Of a stretch of 64,000 nucleotides of DNA, positions 13,331 through 27,161 are shown in pieces. Position 1 is the stretch's first letter. Each line of letters opens with the position of its first letter. The notes beneath the pieces are model-generated. The model did no database searches. It saw only the letters and a program-made list of their open reading frames with translations, and had not been told where the DNA came from. The position numbers and the translations under genes were made by a program. Location of the stretch: contig NC_068992.1 of assembly GCF_001194135.2 (NCBI RefSeq), forward strand, positions 7,950,762-8,014,761, in the 5' to 3' direction. This DNA comes from Octopus bimaculoides (Eukaryota).

Positions 13331-15137
13331 CATCTAGCAGGTTACATACCCAAGCAGAAACTTTTGTTCACTCAAAGTAACCTTTGGTGTTGTCGTGTAG
13401 TCTTATATCAGCCACTGTCAAAACACTATGAGGAAGTGCATACTGCTAATGATAGCCCCATTGTTTGTATATCAAGAACAACTTATATTCTTCAGTTAGC
13501 CTTCATTTCAGGATTTGGGTGTGATTTGTACGAGTTCTGGCTGATGTTTTCAGCAGGCTGTAACAGCTGAATTGCTGTGTGTGTTTGCCTAACTTGAAAA
13601 CTGTAATAGCTGCAGTACATCTGTTGCATTATTTGTATAAATATATAGATTTTAGACAAATCTAAATCTTGTAAAAGAAAGGTGTATAAACAAAACAAAC
13701 CTATTTTGAATTACCGTATTTACTTGTAGATGTCACTCTATTTTATGCTTGATTTTAATTGACAAAACTGAGGCATGATTTATACATGAGGCAAAGCTAA
13801 AACTATGTAGGGAAAAAACTTTCTACCGAGATTTAACACTAAATTATGACATTTGATAGAGTCATCTGAATGTAAAAGGGTTATTCAAGAACCAGGACTG
13901 TTTCCTTGACTATGGAAGAAGACGTTTGCTCAATGTGTATGCTTAGTGGGACTGAACACAGAACTATGTAGTTGTAAAATGGACATGTTAACTGCAGAGC
14001 CGTCTTATCTTATCAGTGATCTCTAAGACTATTTGTACTTCTGTGTTTTTATTTTAATGCTTTATTTTACAACATACCTCCCCCACTTCTCAAATGCATT
14101 TCAGCTTTGTACACCCTGGCAGATAAAACTGGGATATCTACAAGAATATGTTTTGTATGTAGCAACAGTTTTGTATTTTTTGTCATAATAAATTGGTTTG
14201 CTGACATTTTTTAGAATTGCCAGACCTGTTTTTACTGACAATAGGGAAGAATAAAACAAGTCACCAACAACAGTTTTACAGGAAACAAAAACACACATAG
14301 CAATAGCTAATCATGTTTAAAATTGTAGGGTACTCAAGAACTTTGTACTGTTGCTGGCCTTGACTGCAGTTCTTTTCAATGTCTAACACATTCAATCATG
14401 ATTAAAGCTGTTTAACACAAATTTTATTTGTTGTAACCTATAAAAATTGAGTTTTTCTATTTAAATAAATAAAAAAGACTGACCCACATTGTGTAAATTA
14501 AATGAAGAATGTGTCTGAGGTGGCATAGTACAACAGTGCAAGTAATGTAAGAGGATTTAGCTAAAAATACATACACTGGAGTGAAGAAAATAAATGTTGT
14601 GAAACTAAATATTACAAGCCATGGATTTTATTCTATACAAATTTTAATAAGAATATATTTACAGTATTTATCCTTATATAACTTGTTACAGTTATCTCTA
14701 CAAATTTTCTGTAGCTCTGATTTTGTTTTGACGTTTCCAAATTAAGCATAACAAAATCAGTGTTGGCTATAATTTCTATAGAAAATCTGTGGAGATAACC
14801 TTAATAAGTGATGTAATAGCATTGCTAACACAGTAGAACACAGTGTTGACTCATAAAAGCATTTAATACACTTTGTAGCACACCGGGAAAAAGTAATAAA
14901 GAAATAAATATACTTTGTAGATATTAATATTATGGTTGCATAACGAAATACTGTGTCCCTACAAGTCATTGTTATTCTCATATAATGCAAGAAACTTAAT
15001 ACAAAACATTGTTAGAAGAAATTTAAATTTAATGCTCTTGTTATGAGATTGTAACTTAGTGGTTCGGCGAAAGCTACCGATAGAATAAGTGCCAGATTTA
15101 AAAAAATAAATACTGAGGTCAATATGTTCAACTAAAT

Positions 15138-15189
15138 TCTTTAAGGCAGTGAGACTCTTTAAGGCAGTGAGACTCTTTAAGGCAGTGAC
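15138..15189. repeat. 18-bp tandem repeat (tctttaaggcagtgagac) x~3
   Basis: Direct reading. Confidence 0.9.
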
Positions 15190-17964
15190 TGGAAACAAAG
15201 TCACCAATAAATGTATGCCTGTTTGTAATCTTGGAAACAAAGTCACTGCCCAGACACATAGTACCATTGTTTACAATCTGCCATGCCTGGCCATTGAGCT
15301 GTTCATTGTTTAAAGGACAATGAGAAATATTACCTTACTTGGAAACAAGTTAGTGTTGGTGATAGGAAGAGCACCTGTCTACTTCAATGCATTTTGCTCA
15401 ACCCATGCTGGATATGCAAACATGATATTGATGATATCTATCGATGGCAACAGATAATGCCTGTGCATGATACCGTCCAGTGAGATCAAACCAGGCATTG
15501 TGTAATTTAAATGTCTTAACCAGGTATTGATCTCAGTCTATTTTTCTTTGTATTGTATGTGTCTTTAGCTTGATTGACCATATTCTTTCTGTTGTCTGAA
15601 TGGAAATGAGATCTGTATTGACAACCACTAAACTCACTTTCATTTTATTTTATCTATGTGGCACACATTGATTTCAAACTGGAGCACAATGTTTCATATT
15701 GATCAGAGATAGGGTGGTGGTGGTGGTGGTGGTGGGAGATGAAACATGATTGTGTGATGATTGCACATTTCTATTATTACAATTTAAATTGCTATGTTCA
15801 AATTGTTTTTTAAGTAGATCTGTGTTTGATGTCCTATTTATGACTATCTCATCTTTTTTATGTGTATATTTATCACTACATTTTCCAAAAAACACATCTT
15901 TCCGATGTTCCCAATGTAGGATGTAATATGAGATCCGGTTGTTGTATCTAGCACATTTGGCAACCACAAAGAAGCTCTCGGATCATCTCACTGTGTCCAT
16001 CTCTTATGTATGCCCCACCTCACAACTGATGAAACCAATGTGATTGATGTTTCTATGTTTCTTAAGGAATATAGTGTTATTAATGAAGTGGAATGCTTGG
16101 AATCAAGTATTGAAATGTGATTGGATAAACTTGGCTTCTCTGATGTTTGCCTTTATTCTGTTAATCTCATCCATTATGTATCACATATAACTGGACATGT
16201 TGGCATTTAGGTGATGATAATACAATTTACACAGCAATCCTTAGTTTTGTCTTTCTATAATCTGAAGAGGCATTTTAAAATTAGATGACAGACAAATTCA
16301 TATGTTGTTATTTACTCCTGGCTAATCCTGTTAGAGCAGGCATGTTTAAGCTGAAACTATCTTTTTTTATAGCTATCTGGTACTGCAGTATCTAAAGTTC
16401 ACTTCCCTATTCAAGATGATAGAATAGGATATGTGAGAAATTTGACTGCTATTTCTGCATGTTAAGTTAACTATATAGAGAGGGTTCCTCATTGTCCAGG
16501 ATGTAAGGGTTGTTGTTAAACCTTAGATCAACCCTGATAAAGCAAACTTGTATTCAAAGGCATTTCACCTGTGACCATCTCATCTGTTTAGAGGTCTATA
16601 AGCATTACATTGTGTAATGTGTTCTGCTTGAGATAAACTGATATAGATCTAGTCTTAATAATTATGCACTTTCCATTTCAAGGTGGCAAGCTGGTAGAAT
16701 CATTAGCACACTGGACAAAAATCTTAATAGCATTTCATCTGTCTTTATATTCTGAGTTCAAATTCCACTGACGTTGACTTTACCTTTCGTCTTTTGGAGG
16801 GGTTGATAAAATAAGTACCAGTTGAATATTGGGGTTGATGTAATCGACTCCCGCCATCTCCACAAAGTTGTGACCTTGTGCCAAAATTTGAAACTGATAA
16901 TTACACTCTTTTATTTTTCTAAGGAATCCATTTAGATTACTGCATGAATTACCATTGGTGTTTCATTTCAGGGATCAAGATTGTTCCAAGTCCATAACAA
17001 GTAAGCTGGGATCTATAATAATTCATCCCAGAGGTTGGCTTCAGTTATTGCCATATTTGATGGCCTATAAAACAGATGAAATTGCAAGATGCATTTTTAG
17101 TTTTGGTAGGCCCTTTCTTGAACTAACATTTACTGGTAACTTAAAACCTGATCCTGTGTTCTATGAGAAACACTTGTTTCATATACTTTCAATGTGGCTC
17201 TTATGCTTTATGAAATGAGATTTGTGTCATAGAGAAGTCATTATTTTAACAATGCTTATTAAATTGTTTTAAGACCAAAATTGCTTGAGACCATCTCTGA
17301 TTCTAGAATTCTAAGCCTCATTATTTCAAAGTGTTTTGTAACTAAATTAAAATCGTCTTTCAAAATTTTTATGTAAGAAACTTTTTGTTTAAGTAATATT
17401 CCAAATATTACATTAATGCAAAATAAAAATAAAAAAGAACATTTTTAATTAATATAAACACATTTCATTAGATATGCGGTTACAAAAAAAAGGTTAAGTT
17501 AATGGTTGAAGCCCATTATTTCAGGCAGGTATGTAATTGCCTGTTTTCTCAGTGAAGTTTTATAAACTGTTTCTATTCTCGTTAATTTCAGTCTGAATTA
17601 TCAAGCAGGTCAGGCAAATGTATTTAATTACAACAACTTGGGACATTTATTTTCTCATTCATTCTCTCTCTGTTCTACATGCTCTGGGTATTTTCCTCGA
17701 TACTGTCAGACAGCAGCTAGAGTTTGCCAATGTAATGAGGTAGAATGTTGCACTGACTTTTTGCTTCTTGTTGCAGCCGTTGAAATGTCTCTCTCTCTCA
17801 CACACACACACTCGTGTATTGTAGTGTGTCAATGATGTGAAGTTAAATTTTTCTGATTTACAGTTTAATTTCATCTCCTCAGATCAACTAACTCCCCCAC
17901 CAGCCTGTATCAGACATTTTCTCAACCAATCAATTGGCATGCCTGTTTGCATGGTAATTGCAGC

Positions 17965-18003
<39 letters not shown>
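17965..18003. repeat. CAA(CAG)12 trinucleotide tract
   Basis: Direct reading. Confidence 0.95.
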
Positions 18004-18004
<1 letters not shown>

Positions 18005-21000
18005 TCTATGTTAGTCTACTAGACTAATCAGCATATAGTGCCTGGCTTATATAACTGGATCTGTCTGGTTGTTCACCATCTCACTGTTTCTGGTCACCAT
18101 AGTCATGTTACAGCTGTTGTAGCAGTCGCTTACACGGAAGACTAGACATAACATACAGGGTCTTACAATCATCTCAGATGCCTTTCTGCAAGCCTCAAGA
18201 TATTCTATTCAGAACTGATCAGCCCAATCTTGAAACCAGCTGTGTTTGTTTACCAGAGCACACATCAAGAACAGTCATGAACTTGCTGTCTACTTTTTAA
18301 CAACAGTCACTACTTTTCACAGCTATAATTTCCTCAGTACAGGACTCGACAACAAATTAATTTTCCATCTTAGATTCCACTGAGAGTCTGTAGCCATGGA
18401 TATATAAACCCATATGTGTATGTATACACTGCAGATTCGCGTGTATATCTCATGCTTAACAGATATACTCATACATCATGCAAACTCATGTGTATGTCCT
18501 TACATCTATTGTATTCACACAAATATATTTTTATATAGATTCACTTGTATAGTGCTATATGCACCATACACTTGTATTGTGCTGTATGCACTCACAAACA
18601 CACACATATTTTCTATTTGTAAGAGTAACTTGTATGCACACACACACACACACACACACACAAACATATATTTATACACAGAAATAGCTTTGTGGTTAAC
18701 AAGTTTACCTTCACATCTGTGTATTTTTAGGTTTCAATCTCTGTGTGGCACCTTCTATAGGCTGCATGTTCACCAATGCTTTGTGAGTAAATTCCATTTG
18801 TGTTTATGTGTAGTTATGTGTGTGTGCATATTGTGGTCAAGTCTGATAGGACAGATCCATGATTGAAGATGTTGCAGACAATCAAGAGAGCAGAACGAGG
18901 CAGGCATTGAGCGATGATGATAATATATACATGTATACATGTGTGTGTGTGTTAGTGTCTCCTTCTCTTGACATAACGTGATAGTTGTGAAATGAGCATC
19001 ACTGTCACACAAGTGCTGTCCTTTGTTTCCAAACATGTCTAGTTATGGACAAATATTACCTTACTTGGAGATTGCTGAGTGTTGGCATCAGGAAAGGTAT
19101 CCAGCTATAGAAAATCTTTCTCAACAAATTCCATCTGACCTATGCAAGCATAGAAAAGTGGACATGAAAACAATGATAATGACAGGAGTGAGTAGAGAGA
19201 AACATTCTGCTTCACAACCATTGTTGATTTCTTGATTTCCCTGTAAACAGATTCTTGTGGTTTGTCAAAAGTGACCAACAGAGTAAGTACCAGGTTTAAA
19301 ACCAACCCCTGGGCTCGATTTGTTCATCTAAACCCTTCAAGGCAGTGCCCCAGCATGGCCTGCTGTTCAGTGAGTGAAACAAGTTAAAGAATAAAGATAA
19401 AATATGATTTATTTATATTGGCTATTTATATATCTTGCATATTTGCAATCTGCTTTGCTGTCTTCTGATGTGTGTCAGCTTGGTTAAATTCTCCCTTATA
19501 GTATTGTTCCGAGAAATTGAGATATAAACCATTAGATATATGTCTGCTGCTGCTCACCACCACCACCACCACCTTCTAGTTCCTTCTATTGTGAGCTTAC
19601 CTTGATTTTTTCCTGCTCCTCTTCCTTCTATTTACATACGTAGAGCCCCCAGGTCTTCTTACTGCTAACTACTTCTTGCTAATTCTTTTTGTTAGCACCC
19701 CCCCCCCCCCCCCCCTTATATTCTGTTTTTTTTCTCTCCACTTCTTTCCTCCTCTGTTGCTGGTTGACCTCTCTTGGCAAATTTTCTCCAAAATTTCTAT
19801 TAAGTTTTTCTCTCTTTCTGTTTTTTTTTTTTTTCTTTACATTGTTGTTTTTATAACATATTTCTTACTGTTCTCTTATCTTTAGATTGACATGAAATCC
19901 TCGAAATTCAATACTACAATAAAGGTAGAAGATATAAGCACCATAGATGTTTTTGATCAATAAATAGTGCAATATACACAGATCAAGATCTGACCAAACA
20001 ATCAGCATCTGCTTTCTTCATTAAAGACTGCCTCTGCTCCTCTGAATTAGAAAGTTGTATACAGCATTCAAATCCTCACTCACTCAGACCACTTCTTTTC
20101 CATTTGTCTCTGTTCTTTCCTTCACTCTGCCTCCTCATCTCTCCTCTTCACTCTTTGTATATCACCTCCTGCCACCATAGTTGCACCTTCTATCACTCAC
20201 ACTGCACCTCACCTCTTCCATCATTTGGTTTGTTTCACCTCCTCCCATTATTTGTACTACATTTCACCTCCTCCCATTATTCACATTTCTCACTTCATCC
20301 CATCATTCACCTTGAGTCTCACCCTTTCCCTTACTGTGTCTCACTTCTTCCCATCACCCACATTGTCATGCTTCTCCCCATCACCACACTAAGGTTTGAC
20401 CCTTCCCATAGTCCTATCTTCTTTCATTATTACTGTATGTCCCAGAGTCCCCCATTAAACACTTAGTCAAGTCCTTTCCAACTCTAGAATCATAAACTTC
20501 TGAGATTTCCTCACTTAATCAGTTGGTTAACCAATCGGTCAGTTCTCTGTCAAAGTCCTCTTGACTCCATACGCAACCTCACCAATGACATGCCCTCACT
20601 TCTTTGGGTCTGCTTTAAATCTGTCTCTTATAAAACAAACAAATTTGAAGTAGACCTGAAGGAGAAAGAGCACATCATTGAACTCAGCAAATTCCATCCG
20701 ACCTATGCAAGCATGGAAAAGCAGACTTGCAATGATGATGCTGGATCAGTCTGGCATTGTCCTCTGCCGCCTTCATTACAAATAAAATGTGTTTAGACAT
20801 GTGCAAATACTCATTTAAAGGCGAGGTTTTGCTTAATTTCTCTCTTATCGGTTTTTATCTTTGGTAGTATATAGATGTTATTTATGCTGCTGTTAATTTA
20901 CCTATTTTATATGATATGGGATACAGGGTTTCTGATACAGGGTTAGTTGGTTCTTATCACTACTGAATCAGAATGAAGGAATGTTTGCTTACTAAATGAC

Positions 21001-22320
21001 TTAGTTTATTCTTCTATACAGGTTGCATATTGCGTGTGTGTGTGTGTATTTTACTCTTTTACTTGTTTCAGTCATTTGACCCCGGGACTTATTCTTTGTA
21101 AGCCTAGTACTTATTCTAACGGTCTCTTTTGCCGAACTGCTAAGTAACGGGGACATAAACACACCAGCATTGGTTGTCAAGCAATGCTAGGGGACAAACA
21201 CAGACACCCAAACACACACACATATATACATATGTATATACATACATACAACGGGCTTCTTTCAGTTTCCGTCTACCAAATCCACTCACAAGGCTTTGGT
21301 TGGCCCGAGGCTATAGTAGAAGACACTTACCCAAGATGCCACGCAGTGGGACAAAACCCGGAATCATGTGGTTGGTAAGCAAGCTACTTACCACACAGCC
21401 ACTCCTAAGAGAGTTGAGAGTTTTGTGGCTTTGATATCTGAGACTTTCATAAAGATTTTTAAGATGCAAATCAGGTTTGAGATGGTGGGTTGTAACGAAG
21501 CTTTAAACTTAGACAGGTAGATTTAAGCTTTGTATGTTTTAAGGTTTTTCTTCTTTTTCATTTTGCTCTTTACCAGAGAATATTTATAGAGGAGAGTATG
21601 TTATGAATAGTAGAAATTTGAAGAGTGAAGCACAATTAAAAAAAAATCTCAAATCTGTTGCAAATACTTGAGCACCTCACAGTCTTTTGATGGTCTCTCC
21701 TACTGACATCACTTCCATACCATTTTCAAAACTACATTAGACTAGGTTTTGTTCTTTAGAACCAAGAAATACTGCAGCTGTAATCTGTTGTTGAACCTCT
21801 CCATAAGTCAAGTGTGGCCTACATTCAAGTACTACTTACATATCTAGGATGCTACTGCTGTTACATGCATGCAAACATTTGAGATTACATTATCAAAATA
21901 AAAAGGCAAAACATCATTTGGCCAATTGGCAAATACCCACACACCGACATACAGACAGTGTTTTTCTCTCTGTTCCACGACTGTTTCAATGGTCTCCCTT
22001 CCTCTCAAGCAATAATCTGCATACACTCTCCTGCCAGGCTTACTTATCCCTGCCATCTTTTTCTTCCATTAACCCTTACTTTATCTCCCCACTTGCTGCT
22101 TTGAACACTTCTAATCCTTCTTTTCCAAGACTGCAGCCCCCTCAGAATTCTTTCCTACACTTAGAGTTTTTTTTTAAAGTTTGTTTTTGTTGGGGGTTTT
22201 TTTTTTTTTTTCTTGTTACTTGCAGACAGGGTCCTAGAGATATTCAAGTTGAACATCAACTGCTTTAAATCTCACCAATTTATAGGAGCCTTTGAAGGTC
22301 ACTGGCATTGCCACTCAGCT

Positions 22321-22360
<40 letters not shown>

Positions 22361-23789
22361 TTTCAGAAGTCAGAGTTGGCCCTGACAAATTAAGGTTGTA
22401 CTAGATACTTAAACCTAATTTCAATGTAGCATGGCCAACATAAACCAAGCAACTTTGTTGAACAAGAGCTGCTTGCTGATCAGAGTGGCAGTTTAGTGAC
22501 ACTTTAGGTAATTTACATTAGGAAGGCATCCTTACTTTAGCTGAAAAAATTTAGATTCCTATCAATAGTAGTTGTATCAGCAGCAATAGCAGAAATTTTT
22601 AAAAACTTTACCACCACCATCATCACCATCATCATTATCACTGCCATGTCCATTTATTTTCTGTACTGGTGTAGAGAGGGAGTGTGGGTGAGTAGTTGAG
22701 CATGGAACATAGCATCCTTTCACATGCTTTGCTCCTGCAAAAACAACCCCTTACTACCCCCCCCCCCTCCGCATAACTTTCACAAAAGACTTTTTACTTA
22801 CTTATTTACATATCTTCTCCCCTCCCTCCTTTCCACCCATTTCCCACTTGTGCTGATTCACTCCACCCCAATTTGTTATGTATGTGATGTGACAGTATGT
22901 GGTAGTTGTCTACTGTAATATTAAAAAAAAAAATTACTTGAGTTTGTTTGTTTTATCATTTTAAAATTTGTTTTTTTACTTTATTTTGTTTATTTCTTAG
23001 AAGTATTCCTCCTCATTGTATCCATCTCCTCCTCCTCATCATCCATTTCGTTTTTTAATTCCATGGTGTCAGGAATTAGGTATCTGCTCTATAATACAAC
23101 TTATACGGCAGCCCTTCTCCGTTAATCTCACGGTCCTTACATCATCTTATCTGTGAGGTTTTCAGTGTTTATCTTGAGCTACACATGAAAATTTGTAAAT
23201 TAAGACAAATTCATGTGCCCTGAATACATGTATGTTGTGACATTTAGGGCAGGATGCTTCTAGTAACTGTATTTTAATTTAATTTTTTTTTAGCACATAC
23301 CATTATTTGTTTCTTCAAACTCCACTTTTTTAAAATTAATTCTTTGCCATTATTCAATCAAATCTACCTGTCTACTTCCTTCCAAAATCGTCTGCAAGCT
23401 GTGTTTTACCACAGGTCTCTTCCACCAACTAACTTACAGTACTAGTTTACTCAACATATGACTCTCTGTGCAGTTTGCTTGAGATAACAGTCAAAACTCC
23501 TTCAAATCAAATTTTGCTATCATAAACAAAGTACTCACTTGATAATGTAGCACTAACATGCTTTGGAAAGCATCGTCATTTAGTGTCTGTCTTTCATGCT
23601 GGCCTGGGTAAGATGGTTTGACTGGAGTTGGCAAGCTATAGAGCTGCACCAGGCAGAACTGCAACAGACTGGAATCTCTTTTGGCTTGGTTTCTGCAGCT
23701 GGATGTCCTTCATAATGCCAACCATTCCACAGAGTGTATTGGATGTCTTTTATATGTCACCGGCATGGATACCCAGCTGAAACTCCTAT

Positions 23790-23940
23790 GAGTTGAAGGT
23801 CAGTGAAAAGAACGTTATTAGTGCAGCGCTAGTTCCAAAAGAAAAAAAAATCATCTTCCTTCCCTTGCATATCGAATTGGGATTAATGAAACAGTATGTA
23901 AAATCACTTGGCAAAGAAAGTAAATGTTTTGATCAAAAGA
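23790..23940 (+). mobile_element. Transposase fragment, probably CMC/Chapaev-type
   Basis: KNVISAALVPKEKKIIFLPLHIELGLMKQYVKSLGKESKCF resembles the KNV..PLV..KILLPPLHIKLGLMKQFVKAL motif; superfamily assignment from memory. Confidence 0.6.
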
Positions 23941-24749
23941 AATTGTTATCATTGCTTTTGTTACCAATATCATCACGGCTGCTATTATTATCATCGTTGA
24001 GAAATACATTGTCAGTTTTCTTTCTTCGAGCAAAATAAACATCAAAGATGCTTTGCTCTCTGCAGAAACTGCAGGAGGTACTCAGAGGTATTGCAAGTGG
24101 GTCACAATGTTGGAAACCCTTCTGTATTATCAGTAGGTATCTCATTTCACCCCTTAGCCTGTACACTTTGCCTGAGTCGGGCAGTGATGACTGAATTGGT
24201 TGTCTCCTTTCAACTACAGACCTTGATTTGGTTTCAGCTGGGAAAAAACAAAACATACATGAAAGTGTTCATAATTAACTAATATCTGAGATTGTCTTAA
24301 CAATATTTGCAGGGCCTTGTTTTCTGGAATGTGACCATGTCTATTCTTCTGGGTGATCTTTCAATGCATTCACAGGAATGGTCATGTGTCACTGTAGTTG
24401 TGCTGATTACAAATGGTATGATGGATGCATTCCTTAAATGTCAGAATGTTTTTTGTTCAACAGCTATTTGGGAATAATTCCTTAATTGTTTCAACCAGCT
24501 GCTGCACAACATTGTAGTCATTCTGTGTTAGTTATTAATACACTGTTGTTGCTTTTACATCCATTTTTTTCATGCCAGTATGGGTTTGATGAAAACGTTT
24601 TTGAGGCATTGTTTTACAGCCAGATATCCTTCTTGTTGCTAATCTGTTTTTCAAGTAAGGGCATGAAAAAAATCAAGGAAAATATTGGTAGGCTTATGTG
24701 CCATTTGGTGGTCATTCTCAATACTGAAGTTCCATAGTATTCTTGCACC

Positions 24750-25246
24750 GAGAGGTAATATCCATCCCTACTTAAACATGGATGTTCTATTAGAACAAAC
24801 TATACTGTGGTAGATACCATGAGAGAAACTCTCATATTGGCTTTTGGTACAAAATGCACTCTTGTTTATATTGCTAATAGGGAAATAAATCCCCACCATC
24901 TCCAGCACTGAGATCACCTGGTCATGTGATTTCAACCTTCCTTGGTTTCATCAGTGTAGATGCTTGACTGCCAGAGTCAGCAGCAACATATCTCCCTGCC
25001 AGCGATGTATTGAAAAACAGAGCCAGAACAGGTACTGGTGCCATGATTAGCCAGTGAGCTTGTTAAAAAAGGTTGAAGTCATGAGATGTGGTGATCTTGG
25101 TACTGGAAGATGCCAGGGATTTATTTCTCCACTAGCAATATAAACAAAAGTGCATTTTGCACGAAAAGCTAATATGAAAGATTTTTTCATGGTATCTACC
25201 ACAGTAATAGAAATCCACATTTAAGTAGGGATAAATATTACCTCTC
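24750..25246. mobile_element. Long-TIR MITE (~190-bp imperfect inverted arms)
   Basis: gagaggtaatatccatccctacttaaa...actgtggtagataccatga...caaaatgcact.ttgtttatattgcta is mirrored at 25066-25246; no clear TSD. Confidence 0.8.
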
Positions 25247-26844
25247 AGAATTAATACTGCCTCTGTTGCTAATATATATATATATATTTTCACATTGTCA
25301 TATTTTTTTTTGACTGATGGTTGTCTATATGAATACCTCAGAGCTTTTACTTTTAGGAGTTAAAATTTGGTGGGACGGCATCTGCAGAGCAGCTTTGCTA
25401 AGTTATTGTGTGTCTATGTATGTTTTCTCAGAACTGGTGGAAGAATCTTTGTAGAATAATTGCTTCAGAAAAATACATCAGATAAACCACATTCGTTTTT
25501 TATATTGTAAGAATTGTAGATACTCCTCTCGTTGTTTTTTAGCTGTGATTGCCTGTTCTTGCATTGCAAATGTTGATATTCTATTTAGTCGAACAGTCAA
25601 GTAGCAACTTTTTCATATTTTTACCTTTATCTGTCATGAAGTAGTTAGTAATCTACTCTGGTCTTTGGCAAACTAGGGCAAAAACAAAATCAGGTGACTT
25701 GCGTAACAGAGTACAAACACAGTGGCTATTGTAAAATTTGAATTTATAACCAAGAAATCAGTAGGTCATCCCACTTCACAAACATTTTGCTTCTGTAAAT
25801 AATAATAATAATAAATAATGGTTTGAAATATTGGCACACGGCCAGTAATTTAGGGGAAAGAGTTAGGTCGATTATATCAACCCAAATATTTGAACCACAT
25901 AGTCAACTTATTCTATTGACTCTGAAAAGATGAAAGGCAAAGTCGACCTTGGCAGAATATTAGAACTCAGAACGATGGACAAAATGCCAATAATCATTTT
26001 GCCCAGCATGCTAACCATTCTGCCGGCTCACCATCATCTTTCAACAGTAGTAATAAAAAGTAGTAAGTTGATAAATTTTTAAAAGAAATTATAAAATGAA
26101 TTAATTATGACTTCTCTGAATTTTCCAGCTTGCTTTTATTGTGTGTAAGAAGGTGCTTTGCTGCATAAATAGTGAAATGAGTTTCAGAGTTTTAGGTTCA
26201 AATCTCACAAAGACCAGTGTATCTTGCATGAATAAGGAAAAATTATTCTGGATAGAACTGTACCTGAAGTAACTGTAATGTATTTGGATTCAGATATCCC
26301 AAAGAAAAAAAAAAAAAAAGAATGGGCGTGGAAATGTCACAATGAACGATTGAGATATTAAGGAAGAGGCTGTTTTAATTCAGTTGTGCCAACAAAAGGG
26401 ACCAGCTGGGATGCTGATTAAAAACAATTAGGGAATAAGAGGATAAAGAGGATTCAGTAGAACTAAAATGAAAAAAAAACTATAGGGACCAGGTAGGAAG
26501 CTGATAAAAACAATTAGGGAGAACAATAATGCTGCAAGTCATTTAGTAAAATGTTACTGCTCTGATGATAGTGTTGAAAGCCTTATGGTGAATTAGTTTC
26601 ACACTAAGTCACTTAGTTTAGCGGGCAAGTTATTATCTCTGACGACCGATTGCTGTTGCCTAGCACCAGCCAAGCACTGCAGAGCTGAAGGTGACATTTT
26701 TTTTATGAGTGAATAGAGGCTGGTGGTGGAAATTATACGTGTCTTAAGTTAACAAAGCTGGTTATGAAGTGGGTAGAAAGCGCCAAAGCACCCAACTTTC
26801 AGAGGTTCATGCTGAATATTAACTGCACTGACCTCACATGTGTG

Positions 26845-26886
26845 TAGGGTTAGGGTTAGGGTTCGGGTTAGGGTTAGGGTTAGGGT
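26845..26886 (+). repeat. Interstitial telomere-like (TTAGGG)n, 7 units with one TTCGGG variant
   Basis: Direct reading. Confidence 0.9.
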
Positions 26887-27070
26887 ATACGTGCGAAGGC
26901 TATGTATGCTGATTGTCTTCATTGTACATATATTATGTTTATAATTAGGTAAATGCTTGCCTTTACAAATTAGACTAAAATAAAAAGCACTCAGTACAAG
27001 ATTTAGAGCTCAGTTTTTTACACACACATCAAAAGTTTCCATAGAAGGTCAGAATTTTATATGTTTTATA

Positions 27071-27161
<91 letters not shown>

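Noticed and set aside
20097-20470. 120-aa ORF, and the mirror-type purine tract at 56340-56830
   Set aside because: Decayed pyrimidine/purine simple sequence, with no splice or domain support.
24040-25620. A single colinear R4-like element on the minus strand (also a faint relic at 15700-16200)
   Set aside because: Motif remnants (QEQAIT, RT-like KGFQHCDPL) are too decayed and not in canonical order to annotate confidently.
26571-26645. C/D box snoRNA (TGATGA...CTGA); similar at 28665-28750
   Set aside because: Box C lacks the purine, the terminal stem is weak or absent, and I recognise no rRNA complementarity.
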